64,000 bases of DNA from Antedon mediterranea. Its lineage: Eukaryota; Animalia; Echinodermata. Shown one piece after another: positions 1 to 12,600 of the stretch. Location of the stretch: assembly GCF_964355755.1 (NCBI RefSeq), contig NC_092671.1, positions 3,100,001 to 3,164,000 of the forward strand, written 5' to 3'. Under the pieces are notes generated by a model, which was given only the letters and a program-made list of their open reading frames with translations, was not told the origin of the DNA and did no database searches. The position numbers and the translations under genes are program-made. Numbering within the stretch: position 1 is the stretch's first letter; each line of letters starts with the position of its first letter.

Positions 1-89
1 GGAATGATTGTAATGTATTTCCCTTGGGTCTGTAATCCCAGCAATATCTCTGAAAGTTAATGTTGGTTTGATGCGTTACACTTGGCCTA

Positions 90-3000
90 TAGACCAGTCG
101 TATTTGAGGTATAGGTGTCACTTTTTGCAGAATTTACTTCATCTATTTTTTCTGGGGTAATTTTGGCTGTAGAATACGAATATGAATGTTGATCGCAACG
201 GGGAGGGGGCGTTTTTGAGATATAAAGGGTCAAAGGTCAAATTAGGTCAAATAAGTCATTTTATGAAGAGGAAACCGTTTAGATATGTTAAATGCAACAG
301 AATTTTGTTGTTTAGTTGATATGGTCCAAATAAACATCATATCCAAAGTTTACCGAAATCGGACGTCGGGAAGTGGGTTAATTAACATAAATTCAAAATG
401 GCCGCCATTTACCATTTGAAGTTCCAGTATCTCCTCAATGGTTGGTTTTAGACCACCTAAGTGCATTACGAGTAGATATAAATGTGACATTAAACTTCCA
501 AATTAGCACATTTAAATTACCATATGACGTAGCTATGACGTCATATGGTAGTTGTGACGTCATATATTATGTTCTTATAACTGCGTAAATGACATTATCC
601 TATCCTAAAATAAATGTAGAAACCGCAGGAAAATTTCTAATATTTTCCTGTTGAAATGAACATGATATCCAAAGTCACACATCAAAAAGAAGGTTAATTG
701 CATAAATTCAGAATAGCCGCTATATAAATGTGGTATTAAACTTTCAAATTAGTATTTAAATTACCATATAATGTACATATGACGCCATAAGATAGTTATA
801 TAAGTATGTCAAAATAATGCACAATTGGCATATTCTAAGGAAAAAATATGTTTTAAATCTCCATGAAAATAGTAAAAAATCCAGGCTAAGGTCATCAACT
901 GTGTATCAAAAGTTTACTATTTCCGCCACCCTTCACCTTCCGATTCCCCGTACGCGTGAAACATTCATTGGTTGAGGCCAACAAAGGGGTACCCCCACCC
1001 AAACCCCCTTAATCGACAGCGAACATATACGCGGTACACCAATGGTTATTCGTAAATTCGTACCACATACTGTACTGTTTACTTCGCTGTTAGTCAGCAT
1101 GCATAAAGTGTATAGCCCTCAGTAAAAATGGAATGCCGCAGTTACTTAAAATATATAGTAGTACACTTAATATGGTTTTTCTTTTTACCAGAAGAAAAAT
1201 GATCATATTTTTCTCGCCGACAAATATGGTCAATACTATATTAGCCAGCGATCTAACTACTAAACAATAGGTACGCACTTGTCTGGCGGTATCCCTTTGT
1301 ACGAATCGTTCAACGTTGTGTCCAGACGTGTGATATCATATTCCATCCAGGGACCAAAATGTGTAGCAGTACTGTAGTTACTTTCCAGACGAAAAGTTTA
1401 CAGACCGTTACGTCGTGTACTGTGTATCGACGTGCGCTACAGCAAAAACGAATTATGTTAATCTGATAACTTTGAAAACAGAGATTCTTAAGTCTGTAAA
1501 GTTTAATTCTACCCTTACCTAAACGCCATCCTAAATCTGGAGGATCACATTTTGCCATCCAAGGTACACATAGAAAATGTAATAGTTGGCATCGTCAAAA
1601 TACTTATGGTTTCTTTGTCAGGAATCAAACCACCATATACGCAATTTCCACATTTATCAGTTGGTCTTTGACATTTTAAACTATAATTATTACATGATGC
1701 TGGCTGTTTATGTTGTAGAATACATTTGGTATGATATAGCCATGTTTATTGGAATATGTTGGTTCAGGGACAGAGAAACATTGTTTATGTGATTTTCTCT
1801 AGTTCCAGCTAGTTCTTTAGGGAAACCTTATTTTCTGTTAACGTTTTAAACGTGATCTCAGTCAGAGAAGAAACATGCTAGATGCAGCTTTCGTAATAAA
1901 TAATACATTCAATATAGTTGTAGTATTTTCACCATGTTTCCGCCTAAACAGTTGTTATGTTACCTATAAGAAATCATTGATAGAACTTCACGGCGTAAAA
2001 GCGAAACGGTTAGTATAACAATGCCGTGCCGTACATTTTTATGTACAGTATATATTTTGAGTGTATTCTTAGTTCATACTTGTAATGCGGGTGATGCAAA
2101 GTGTTATCACAAAGAGTACCAGAAGAGAAAATCATATCAGTTTACATAGCCGTTGCCAGGATGTGTCAAGGCGATGTTCGGACACTAAGTAATTGGGTCA
2201 CTGTCCTCACCGCCAACGTCCCCCTCCCCTTTGTGGGGCCTGAGGCAAAGCGAATTTTGTTAAATGACACCCCTAGATGGCCGGAAATGGTACTCGCGCA
2301 CATAAGATTTATGATAAATGGCACCTCTTTTCAATACTTATTATAGCTTTATAATTATATCTATATTCATTTGTTGAGGAATTAATTGACCTATATCAAT
2401 GTAAATAGGTGGTTGTGATAAAGCCATAAAATAAGTTATGATACAGTTGAGTACGTATTGGTTGGTGGGCCTATAAAAAATTAATCGGATGCTGTAATGT
2501 AAATAGATATTATAGTATAGTTTAATATATTAATATTCACTATAATCCTACTATGATGATGATGATACACTATACTTCATAGCCATACATATTAAACAGC
2601 AGCGTTCATTTTTTTTATGTACGTCGGAAGAATCCAATATACTTTTTATGCATTTACACAAAAGGTACGCGGTAGTAGTCTGGCGGTGTCCTTTGTACGA
2701 ATCGTTCGTGCCCCAGCTCACTGTATGAGTACGATACACGAGTCAATATCATGTTACACCCAGGGACCAAAAATTTGTATTTATTTTTCTGGTGAAAATC
2801 GGCAATTCATTTGCAACTTTTAGAAATTTACAGACACGTATCGCTTGACGAACACTCATACATACAATAGTACACATGTATTATATTAAAATAAAGTATG
2901 CATTGCTAGCGCTGAATGCAAAATAAGCCAGAGAAAGATGTTTCATGCATACGGTCATAATACGCTAGGCCTAGTAAAAGCCTACCCACTATTCACTTTA

Positions 3001-3475
3001 TATGCTGTCATCGCGGTTTAAACTTCCTCTGTTTACATACGTCGTACGCTGGAAGCATTCATTTTCGGGCCTAGACAATATCATTTTTGATCGCTGAAAA
3101 TGCGAAAATGAAAAGTTCTAACTAACTTTATACTACACAGTGTATTACTAAAACAATTTCAGCATATAAAACCGATCCGATTTATAAATGATTTTCACAT
3201 TTACGTGAATAAAATTAACAGCAACGAAGTCTTTTTTAATTCAACTTTACTCGTAATTATGTACAAAGTGCGCCCTCTATTGTCTAAGTTTGTATTATTT
3301 TGATTAATTTCGGCTTTCAAAAATCAAGATTTTAAACGTTTATATCTTGAAAAAGCCCCCACGTTAGTCCGATCAACAACCAGATTCGTAATCTACGTCA
3401 AAAAGTGCATTAGAAAAAGTTGGTTTAGAAAATTCTGCAGAAAGGTGACACCTGCCTCCAGATCCGACTGGTCTA
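90..3475. mobile_element. Non-autonomous DNA transposon with ~140 bp imperfect TIRs, Academ-like
   Basis: Left end TAGACCAGTCGTATTTGAGGTATAGGTGTCACTTTTTGCAGAATTT (90-) matches the reverse complement of the right end ...AAATTCTGCAGAAAGGTGACACCTGCCTCCAGATCCGACTGGTCTA (-3475). Similarity continues inward (about 170-226 vs 3338-3396). Flanked by CTA at 87-89 and 3476-3478 (3-bp TSD). TAG termini plus a 3-bp TSD fit Academ; the superfamily call is inference. No transposase ORF inside. Confidence 0.75.
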
Positions 3476-5475
3476 CTAGAAAGTAATTCTATCTTTAGAT
3501 GGTAAATAAAATATATAGTCATATTGCCACATAATATGCTAATCTGATAGCTATTGAAATGCTGCTATTGCTAAGATTATTACAAGAAATATTTCTTACA
3601 AAAAAACACTGCTCGATTTAACGTTCTTCATTAAATGATGCTTTTTAAATTAATTTTCGACATTTAAGGTACTTACTTATCAAACAATTCTTCATCTATA
3701 TCATCACTATCACATCATTCGGCAAAAAATATTTACCATGAAGGAAGGATTGTTTTGACCATTATTCAATGATACTGTACATTATGGTATCATACCCGGC
3801 CTACGTTGACAGCCAAAACGAAAACATTGTTTATTGAACAGGTCTTATATCTCATACCTGTAGACTCTAGTATTCTCCCATACATGCTTTAGGGTGTGTG
3901 TATGCCCAGTCCAAATTTGCAAATTCTCATTTTTTTGCCTTAGTAAACTATTTCGCGTGATGCAGTTGGCTAATGCTTCCATCCTCTTGAATATAACTAC
4001 CTAAAGGCGCAGCACGAAAATGTGAAACTTATTAGTCATGTTTAAATATATAGCAGGTTCTTCATTAAACTTTAGTGTAATTGACACCGATTTTAGGATG
4101 TAGAGATTGTCGTCCTGGGAGTGAACAGCATTACAGATAAATCGGTAACATAAATGTGAGATACATCATTAAGTTTTTAGCCTCGGTTTCTCCTTAACTT
4201 TGCACTTATGTCATTACAATGTTAGCCTGAATACCTGTTTTAGACCGTATAGTACATGTTTAGCAAATGTTAGTAGTAGTATCTAACAGCTTTTTCTAAT
4301 TGGAAACCACGTCTAACAACACATGGTTACATTTTATTGGCTTTTGCAAAACGGTGTCAACTCAACTGCTGTATTTTCCAAAACCTAAACTTCCAGATTT
4401 TAAGCAAAATCAATTACACTTTTTAGCATAATAGTTTTATGTCGCCAAATTTGCTAAAAAATATTTTATTTTCACCTGTTTTACTTTGCTTTTTAAAGTG
4501 GTACATACACTTTATTTCATGATTGCTTTTTGAGATATTGGAACAGATGGTGACTTATGTACTCGTCTCATTTCAACACTAGCTGATAATTCATAATTGC
4601 TGCATGAATTATTATTTTTCTGATAGAGAATCCAGCTCTATATAAGTATACAATAAGAATTTCATTCATTCATTTTTTTAATAGGTTGACTGAATTTTCA
4701 GAAAGGGACAAATTCAGGGGGTTTTCCCTGGTGTTTGTCCTTCCTGTTCCGGACCTACTGTATGACCTATGAACCCATTAATATCATTACATACTGTATA
4801 CTGTACTATACTGATACATTCGCATCAAAACTACTAAAAATGTATGTTGCTACAATACATACAGAGACGAGCGAGCGTTAGTACAGACAGTATAAATAAA
4901 TTAGTCATTAAAAACAAATTTGAGTGAGACACTGTACTGTACTGTATTATATTAAGAGGTCAAACAAGGAGATATGGTATATGTCTACACTACAGTACAA
5001 CCAACCATTATTCAGAGGACACACCTAATAAGGGTTTTACTTTATATCAATTTCGTTGACAGATCACCATCCTTAGCTATATGTATTGTTACCAATAATC
5101 AATATGTCAAAGTTGATGTACAGTAACTAGGGAGACAGAACGTACTGTATACTGCAATATTTGTCTGCTTACAAACTTAAACATACATAGCTGGCTAAGA
5201 AGTCATCAGCTTTTATTCATAGTTCAGTATAAAAATCAATATGCTTACATTTATGATCCATGATGATGTTTAACTAATAGTTTTATATGAACCAGGAAAT
5301 GTGCTGAGGAAATGATTCTTGTTTAAATTTCCAATACAATTTTGACATAAGTATGTATAGTATTGTGTACAGTACTGTATATTGTTTTGATTACATGAAA
5401 GATAAAATTCTGATCTTCAACTATTTTGCATTGAATTACATTTTTTTCAGGTAAATAATTTTTTTCCAATACATC

Positions 5476-5740
5476 GCAATTTAACTCAAATGGGCTGCAA
5501 TTTAACTCAAATAATTTAACTCAAATGGGCTGCAATTTAACTCAAATGGGCTGCAATTTAACTCAAATAATTTAACTCAAATGGGCTGCAATTTAACTCA
5601 AATGGGCTGCAATTTAACTCAAATGGGCTGCAATTTAACTCAAATGGGCTGCAATTTAACTCAAATAATTTAACTCAAATGGGCTGCAATTTAATTCTAA
5701 TAGATTGCAATTTAACTCCAATTGACTGCAATTTACAGTA
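5476..5740. repeat. 21-bp minisatellite (GCAATTTAACTCAAATGGGCT)n with shorter variants
   Basis: Direct tandem copies read in the sequence. Confidence 0.95.
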
Positions 5741-6239
5741 ATCCCGTTAGACTTGAAGTAAAATAAAAGACCACATAAACATACTACTGTAGGTTATGAC
5801 AATTTCCAAATACCAATGATAGTCAGCTATTGAAATGTCAATCAGTGATAGTAACCTCCCACTTAGCAGTGGCTTGCTGCCTAAATGCTGAACGCATTCT
5901 GTTGGCTGGATCACTACAGTCAGTAGTCATTGCAATGTCTTTGGGAAATATACTTGTATAGTTTTTCTTGTAAATATGGATGTCACACTGGAGAAGGTAT
6001 TGTATGAATCAAGGTTTTTGTGTGTGCTAGTTACATATTCATTGGGTATTTATAGGAATCTGGAATAGATTTATTAGTACAGCTGAATTTAATTAAATAA
6101 TTGGCACACTTCTATTACATTTTGACTTGTTTTAAATATTGTAAATGCTAAATTGTTTCTGAGATAATAAAATAAATAATTACTATAGGTTTTATTCAGA
6201 ATTTATATAGTGATTTTATCGTGTTATATAAACAAAGTC

Positions 6240-6365
6240 TCATTTGAGGTTGAGAGAGTAGAGTTAAAACAATCGTGAGTTAAAACCCTCACAATATGTC
6301 AGGATTGAACCACAAATCTTGGGATTGGAAGGAAAGCACTTTAACCACCAAGATAAGCTCCACTA
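6240..6365 (-). mobile_element. tRNA-derived SINE copy (degenerate)
   Basis: Reverse complement resembles the copies at 23845 and 50290 (TAGTGGAGCTTATCTTGGTGGTTAAAGTGCTTTCCTTCCAATCCC...GGTTCAATCC; A- and B-box-like motifs). Confidence 0.7.
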
Positions 6366-7858
6366 CAGTTTACAGTACACCTACAGTATAAAGAAAGAAT
6401 ACATTTAAGAAAATTCCAACGTTACTTTAGTTGTACTGTAAATGATTTAACCAATTCTATCCATTCGTACATAACTGCATTCATGATACAATACTTTACT
6501 AAACAATATAAAATGCTGGTACTACTACAGTATACTCAGTATGATTTGATCAGGGTTGTAAACAACTCCATATGATTATTGTGCTGTTGATTTTCCATAA
6601 AAATAATAGTTTTACTTATTAATATAATTATAATAATTATTCAGTAATTAAAAATAACTCTAGATATTGCATATGGTTGACTATGAGCTCCTCAAACTGG
6701 TAGCAAAAGGTCTACTTGCACGACTTGTAACAGTATAGAAACATTGAGGAGTCCGAGAAGCTACAGTAGATTGCCTCAAACAGACCAGTTGGATATTGCT
6801 TTCTTATTAATGTTTGTCGGTGCATGTCTTATAGTACTGTATATAATCAAAGAAATATATAATATTGAACATTGGAAATACTGTAAAGTAGGTGCTTACA
6901 GTGGTACTGTACATAAACAATAAATTGTCTCAGAGGTGGTATGCTTTGAAAATTATTTAATGAACGATCATTGAAAATAATTCATTTCTTTTCAACTATA
7001 AAAAAAAAACACACAATGGGCAATGAGTAAATTGAAACTCTGTGGGAGAAATAATTGCTTCCGAGTTTAGAATAATAAAAAAAAAAAAAAGACTATATAC
7101 AGTAGACACTGGTTGCTATGAACTGTTAGTATGTTATTTTATTGGTTAGATGTTTGCCTCTAATGTGATTGTATTTTTACTAAATTACACGAGAATGCTT
7201 GCAAAAAAATTAAATCTATGTTTGGATTCGGATTAGACCTTTAGATCACTAGCTTGGCGTTCATACCTGTAGACCACCAAGGTTGCGATAATGGCTAGAT
7301 GGTTTAGATTCAAGCTCAATGGATTATATAATTTAATAATAATTAAAAAAAGTTAAGCAATTAAAAAAGTCGCACATGAGAATTACTATTGTACATTGAA
7401 AAAATCTGACTCATTACTTTGAAATAGTTATTCAATTATAATTATTATTCTTTTATAAAATAATTATTGGTTAAAATATTGGTGGAAGTTATACAAAATA
7501 ATTACATTTAAAGGATAATTTATTGTATTAAAAAATCCTAATTTTAGGCAACAATAGTAAATTTACGAAGCGGCAGTACAGTACTACAGGGCACACTTTA
7601 ACAAATGAAAACAATTGCCTATGAGCCATTGGCCATTTTGTAATTGCTTTAAATAGAACGCGTGTTATTCAGGCTCCAGTTTAATTATTAAGCAGCTATT
7701 TGTCATTCCTTGCATTAAAGAAATATTCAACGTTGCCTTGCCGTTATAAAGAAATAATTCTTTTTTTTACAGAAATTTTCTTTTACAGTACAGTAGTTGT
7801 ATTGTAATATTGATTATTCGTGAGGTAAAAAAAAATTACATAAGAAGAAAGTACTGTA

Positions 7859-8015
7859 CAGTGTGTATTATGGGGGCACCTTTAGTACCCAAAAAGTGTC
7901 CCCATATACAGTAGTGGTGTCCCTGAATAGTTGACTATGGTGTTAAAACAAACATTTACTTCGTTTTGTGGAACCGTGACCCCTGCATAGGGGGGTCCCA
8001 AATGAGGGGTTACTG
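7859..8015. mobile_element. Tc1/mariner-type MITE (CAGT...ACTG, TA flanks)
   Basis: TA|CAGTG...GGGGTTACTG|TA; internal GTGTCCCC/GGGGCACC motifs shared with 13736, 28719 and 61139. Confidence 0.6.
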
Positions 8016-8158
8016 TAATAGATAGGAACAAAAACAAAAATACTCATACAACATTGCTTTTGCTTATGGCAATCAAACCTGCAGCGTTAGTACTGATATG
8101 TGATATTAAGACGCATTTACCGTTCCATACTATGACGTTCCATACTACTCGTCGCTTA

Positions 8159-8337
8159 AGCTTGGTTCCCACTAGAACGTAACGCAAGGACGTAAACGCA
8201 ACGCAAGCGTTTTAACCAGTGACAAGCGAAGTTATAGACAGTTACCAATCACAAGCGAATAAGACATCGCTTGTGATTGGTCAATTCACTTGCGTTGCGT
8301 TACGTCCTTGCGTTGCGTTGTTAGTGGGAACCACGCT
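8159..8337. mobile_element. PIF/Harbinger-type MITE, near-palindromic
   Basis: AGCTTGGTTCCCACTAGAACGTAACGCAAGGACGTAA... pairs with ...TTACGTCCTTGCGTTGCGTTGTTAGTGGGAACCACGCT; TTA TSD at 8156-8158 and 8338-8340. Confidence 0.85.
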
Positions 8338-8340
8338 TTA

Positions 8341-8447
8341 TCCTTGCCTCCTTAGATTTATGCCTGTCTTGTTTTTGTTACCTATGTTTAAATGTATTTC
8401 GATTTTGAAGGCTAAATAAAGAATGAATAAATGAATGAATTGATTGA
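8341..8447 (+). mobile_element. Probable LINE/SINE 3' tail remnant
   Basis: Ends AATAAAGAATGAATAAATGAATGAATTGATTGA, like the tail of the LINE at 53974-54540. Confidence 0.4.
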
Positions 8448-9689
8448 CTTAATGCTGTTTGGCTGAGAAGTCTTGAGCTCTGCCTAATCCCTAATGTGGG
8501 TTTTCCAGTGAATCCTCTTCCTACTACATCAGTGAAATGTTTAAAAATACATACTGTAGGAAGTATACAAAATCAATGGACAGATACTTACAAATTTTCC
8601 ACAAAATGTGTTTTGAAACAAATTTCTTGGAAGAGAACGACTGAACACGCATTCTTGGTCATCTTTTATATTGCACATTTATTTTGGAGAAAGGTCAAAG
8701 ATTTCCTTGAAGAATATTATAACATGAATATTCATTTTATAATTACTTTACATGTACCTGCAAAATTCCAACTATTAATTTTTACTTTTAACATAGTAAC
8801 TTTTCATGACTTTAGAAAGAATAGAACATGTGACCAAACACGCTATTAATAACCTTTCGTGTTTGTAAATCGTTTATAGAGAAAATGTTAGTTATTATTA
8901 CAACTTAATGGTTGGAAAATGAAATATAAGAAAAAGATTAATTTAATTTGATTAAATCAAGAAAATAATTGTAAATGGATATAATTTGTAATAATTACAG
9001 TGTAATTGTAAGTGTATCAGTTGGATGTTGTGAAATTGGGGCCAAACAGACAGACCGGAAGTCTCTATAGGCACTGGTTGTGTGTAGCTCATGAATAATG
9101 CATAAATTTCCTGAAAAGAAATACAGTGTGGGCACTGGTTGTGTAGCTCATGAATATTCATAAGTTTCCTAAAAGAAAAGTACAGTACTATGTGCATCAG
9201 TGGTGTAGGTAATGAATATTCATAGGTTTGCCAATCCTGAAAGTACTATTGCTCATGAATATTCATAATTAAGATTGTGTAATTAATACAGGAATAACAT
9301 TACTACTACATCATTCTACAACTACTGTAACTAATAAAAATGATTATTGTCTAGTAATCTAGATGTACAGTCATTTTAATTTAATTTCCAATCATTATTT
9401 AATTAACTTATGATCAACATTTTAATTATATCATTAAAGATATTTAAATGTATAAGGAAGTCCAAATTCTACACAGTGTGATATCATATTTATAATTATA
9501 ATGTAAATTCTCAGCATGTCAAATATATGTATATAAAACACCTTAATTTCTATTTGTGATCAAGAATATGGATTTTACTGCTGTACAAACGGGGAAGTTA
9601 TAAAATAAAAATGTCAATAAAAATGCTTCGATCTGTTTTCTAGTGCTAGAAGCTTCATACATTAAATATTAATTTTGCTTTTTATATAG

Positions 9690-12600
9690 GAAAACCAAGG
9701 CAGTGGGTTTATGATGTTGAAGGGTGACTTGGCTGGTGACGACGACGCAAAAGAAGTTCTTGTTGAACCAGATCGTCAAGGTATGCTATTTAATAATTAT
9801 CCAAATGTTTTTTATCTTTTCTCCCTGGTCTCCAAATCGGAAACATAAACAAAACCAGATGTTTTCTACAATATCCATAAATTTAAAGTCCATTTAACGG
9901 TTTACTGGAAAGAATTTCGGATTTTTATGTTTGATCCTGAGCTGAAATCTATTTTGTTTTTAATTGGATTTATTTATTTTGTGTTTTATTGTTTTGTAGT
10001 TTATTTTATCAACTAAAAGGTAAGTTACCATTGAGTCTGTGTTTCTTTATATCCAGATGCAAGTTTAGTTGTCTATGGTTTGAAAATTGTTTTTACAAAA
10101 TTTTTTTGTTTCTTTTTCACATATATTTTACACATTTTTTTTATTGATGGTTAAAACTGAATGTTTGTTTATTAATATACAGTAAGACCTATGGATCTGA
10201 TTATATTATCATACACATACAGTAAACTATGATTTCATAGTATAACCTTTTACATAAGTTAATGCAACCGTGATGCATGCAACACTAATGTGTGTCCGGA
10301 AGGTAAAACTGTGAAAGATACAATACACATGGTCATGTTCATTTTGGCCAATTTCTTTGGACAACCTTGTCCACACTCTGATGACACAAGGATATCCTAA
10401 TAAAAAGACATCAAATTTTCTTTTTCCAATATCTGGTCCTAAATTAGATGTTCTACTGTATGTGTTATCTATCTTTATTAGTTAAAAATGAAACTGATAA
10501 AAGTGGTACTCTGTTTTTAAATTACCCGAAACAGAGTATATTAACAGTAATTGATTAAACTCAACGATTTGCAAAAGCAATTTTCATAACTTGTTTACGG
10601 TAAGTAATAGGGTCTCACTTTATTTCTACTAACTTAACTGTGTTTTGAGTTACTATTTTTTTCTATTCGTCTGAGACTACAGTAGATAGTTAAATTAAAT
10701 ATTGTGTGAAAAATGTGGTGGTTTTTCATTTGTCAGACTCCTGACGTCACTAAATTTTTCCATGAATGCCAACAATATGATAATTAGTTTCTTGTACATT
10801 TTTTAAAATAAAATTTTTCAAATTTTGGAGGTATTTAAATATTACAATAAGCCATAATTTTTAATATTTTTTTGTTTTATTGAAATCATTTAACTAACTT
10901 GATAATTAATTTACAGGTTTTTGTTTAGTGTTCCAAAAATAAGTATACCATATAAATATTTATAAAAAGTATGAATAAATTAAACAAGAAATTCCAAATG
11001 TCCTTTTGTGTTCATTTGTGGTGATGAGTTTAACTAGTAGCTGATTATCCCATGGATAGATACAATTCCATAATACTGTATCATGGCAATTTCCTAATAC
11101 ATAGTCCCATAAATGTATACCATAACTATAAAAATAGTTCCTGAGATACAGTTGTCACATGTGTTCTGTAGTTGTCACATGTGCTGATGTATCACTGAAC
11201 AAATTAAGATACAGTTCCGATAGAGTGGAAGAGTGATTGTGTGTAATTATTGTTGATCTATTTTTAGCACACATTCATTGTTTTATTTTTCTGTATGGAC
11301 AGTGTATCACCAGAACAGAAGATGGAACACATGTTTTACTATGTAATGTACTTAGACAATTTGGGTTGAGGACATTTCAAATATCAACTTATACTCTTGT
11401 GTTTTGCATTGCATATCAGCTCGCATGAAATAACATTATTCTTAATAACAACATCATCAACAATTGTTTGATTTCTGCTGGCTTTCTGCATGTTGATTAA
11501 CTTTTAGTTTCATAATTAATAATTACCAGTGTAGGGTCACTATAATATAAAATGCTTTATTAGTTACAAAAAACATTACTCATTTTGTGATTTTGCTTTT
11601 TGTACAAGAATAGCGTAGTAGTATTATTAACATCATTTTTGTTTATGTTGATTATGTCTACGTTTTACGGCTTGGTCGTCATAAGTAATACATTATTATT
11701 ATTACCCACAATTCTATATTGATCTCATTTTGTTCGTGTTTCTAATCTAGCTTTTTACTAAAAAATAAATACACTTTACATACAAAATCCTAAGCCAATT
11801 TTCTTTTCATTCTATTTTGAAGTCTTCACCTATTACCACCGTATATCTCTCTCACCTTTACTTTATGTTTAATGGTTAAGGATAAACCATATTACAGGTT
11901 TCTTAGAATGCAATTAATATGTTTATATTTTTCTGTTGTGTACAGTAGTATTGACAAACGTAACTAAACTCGGTGATAGAAACGCATGATATTATATGAA
12001 CGTGATGCGTCAAACGATGTCTTGCTTTGTATAGTGCTACCATGGAATAGTCGTTCCCTCTCCACTGTCTAGCCTCTAGTGTGCCAACCTTACCCACACC
12101 TCATGTTACTGTACAGTGTACATGTGCTTTTACACCCACAGATGAAAACATGCTTCAATCACACTCACAACTCACAATAATTGATTAAAGTTACCTGCTA
12201 TGGACAAATTCCTCAAAAAAATGTATTTTTATCATTAAAATCCACAACTAATCTCATGACTAATATTGCGCAATCAGAGCATGTACAGTATCTTTACTGC
12301 ATTTGTACAGTATTTATACTGTATTTCTACTATATAGTAATTTGTACAGTATTTAACACTCTTTACACAGTACTTGCAATACAGTATATTTCTTATACAA
12401 CACGGCACTCAATGCTACATTTGAAAAATGTGTTTTTCCTGTAAATTGTTCATTAGTTTTACAGTAATGGTTCATAGTTTTTAACATTTATTTTTTGTTT
12501 CATTTTAGTTTAGACTCTTCTATATTATAGTCTTTCAACCCATGTTTTATCACTTTCCAAAAACTAAATAAAATATGGCACATAACATCATATTTGTATT

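Noticed and set aside
3950-4144. Possible first (non-coding) exon of the zinc-finger gene ending CG|GTAACA
   Set aside because: Only a modest donor and mild CpG enrichment; cannot be supported from sequence alone
5476-5740. Regular repeat arrays here and at 61575-61886 as CRISPR-like
   Set aside because: No unique spacers, no cas genes, eukaryotic context; ordinary minisatellites
10375-10400. CTGATGA as a hammerhead ribozyme core (also near 41499 and 52967)
   Set aside because: No GAAA with suitable flanking helices found by eye
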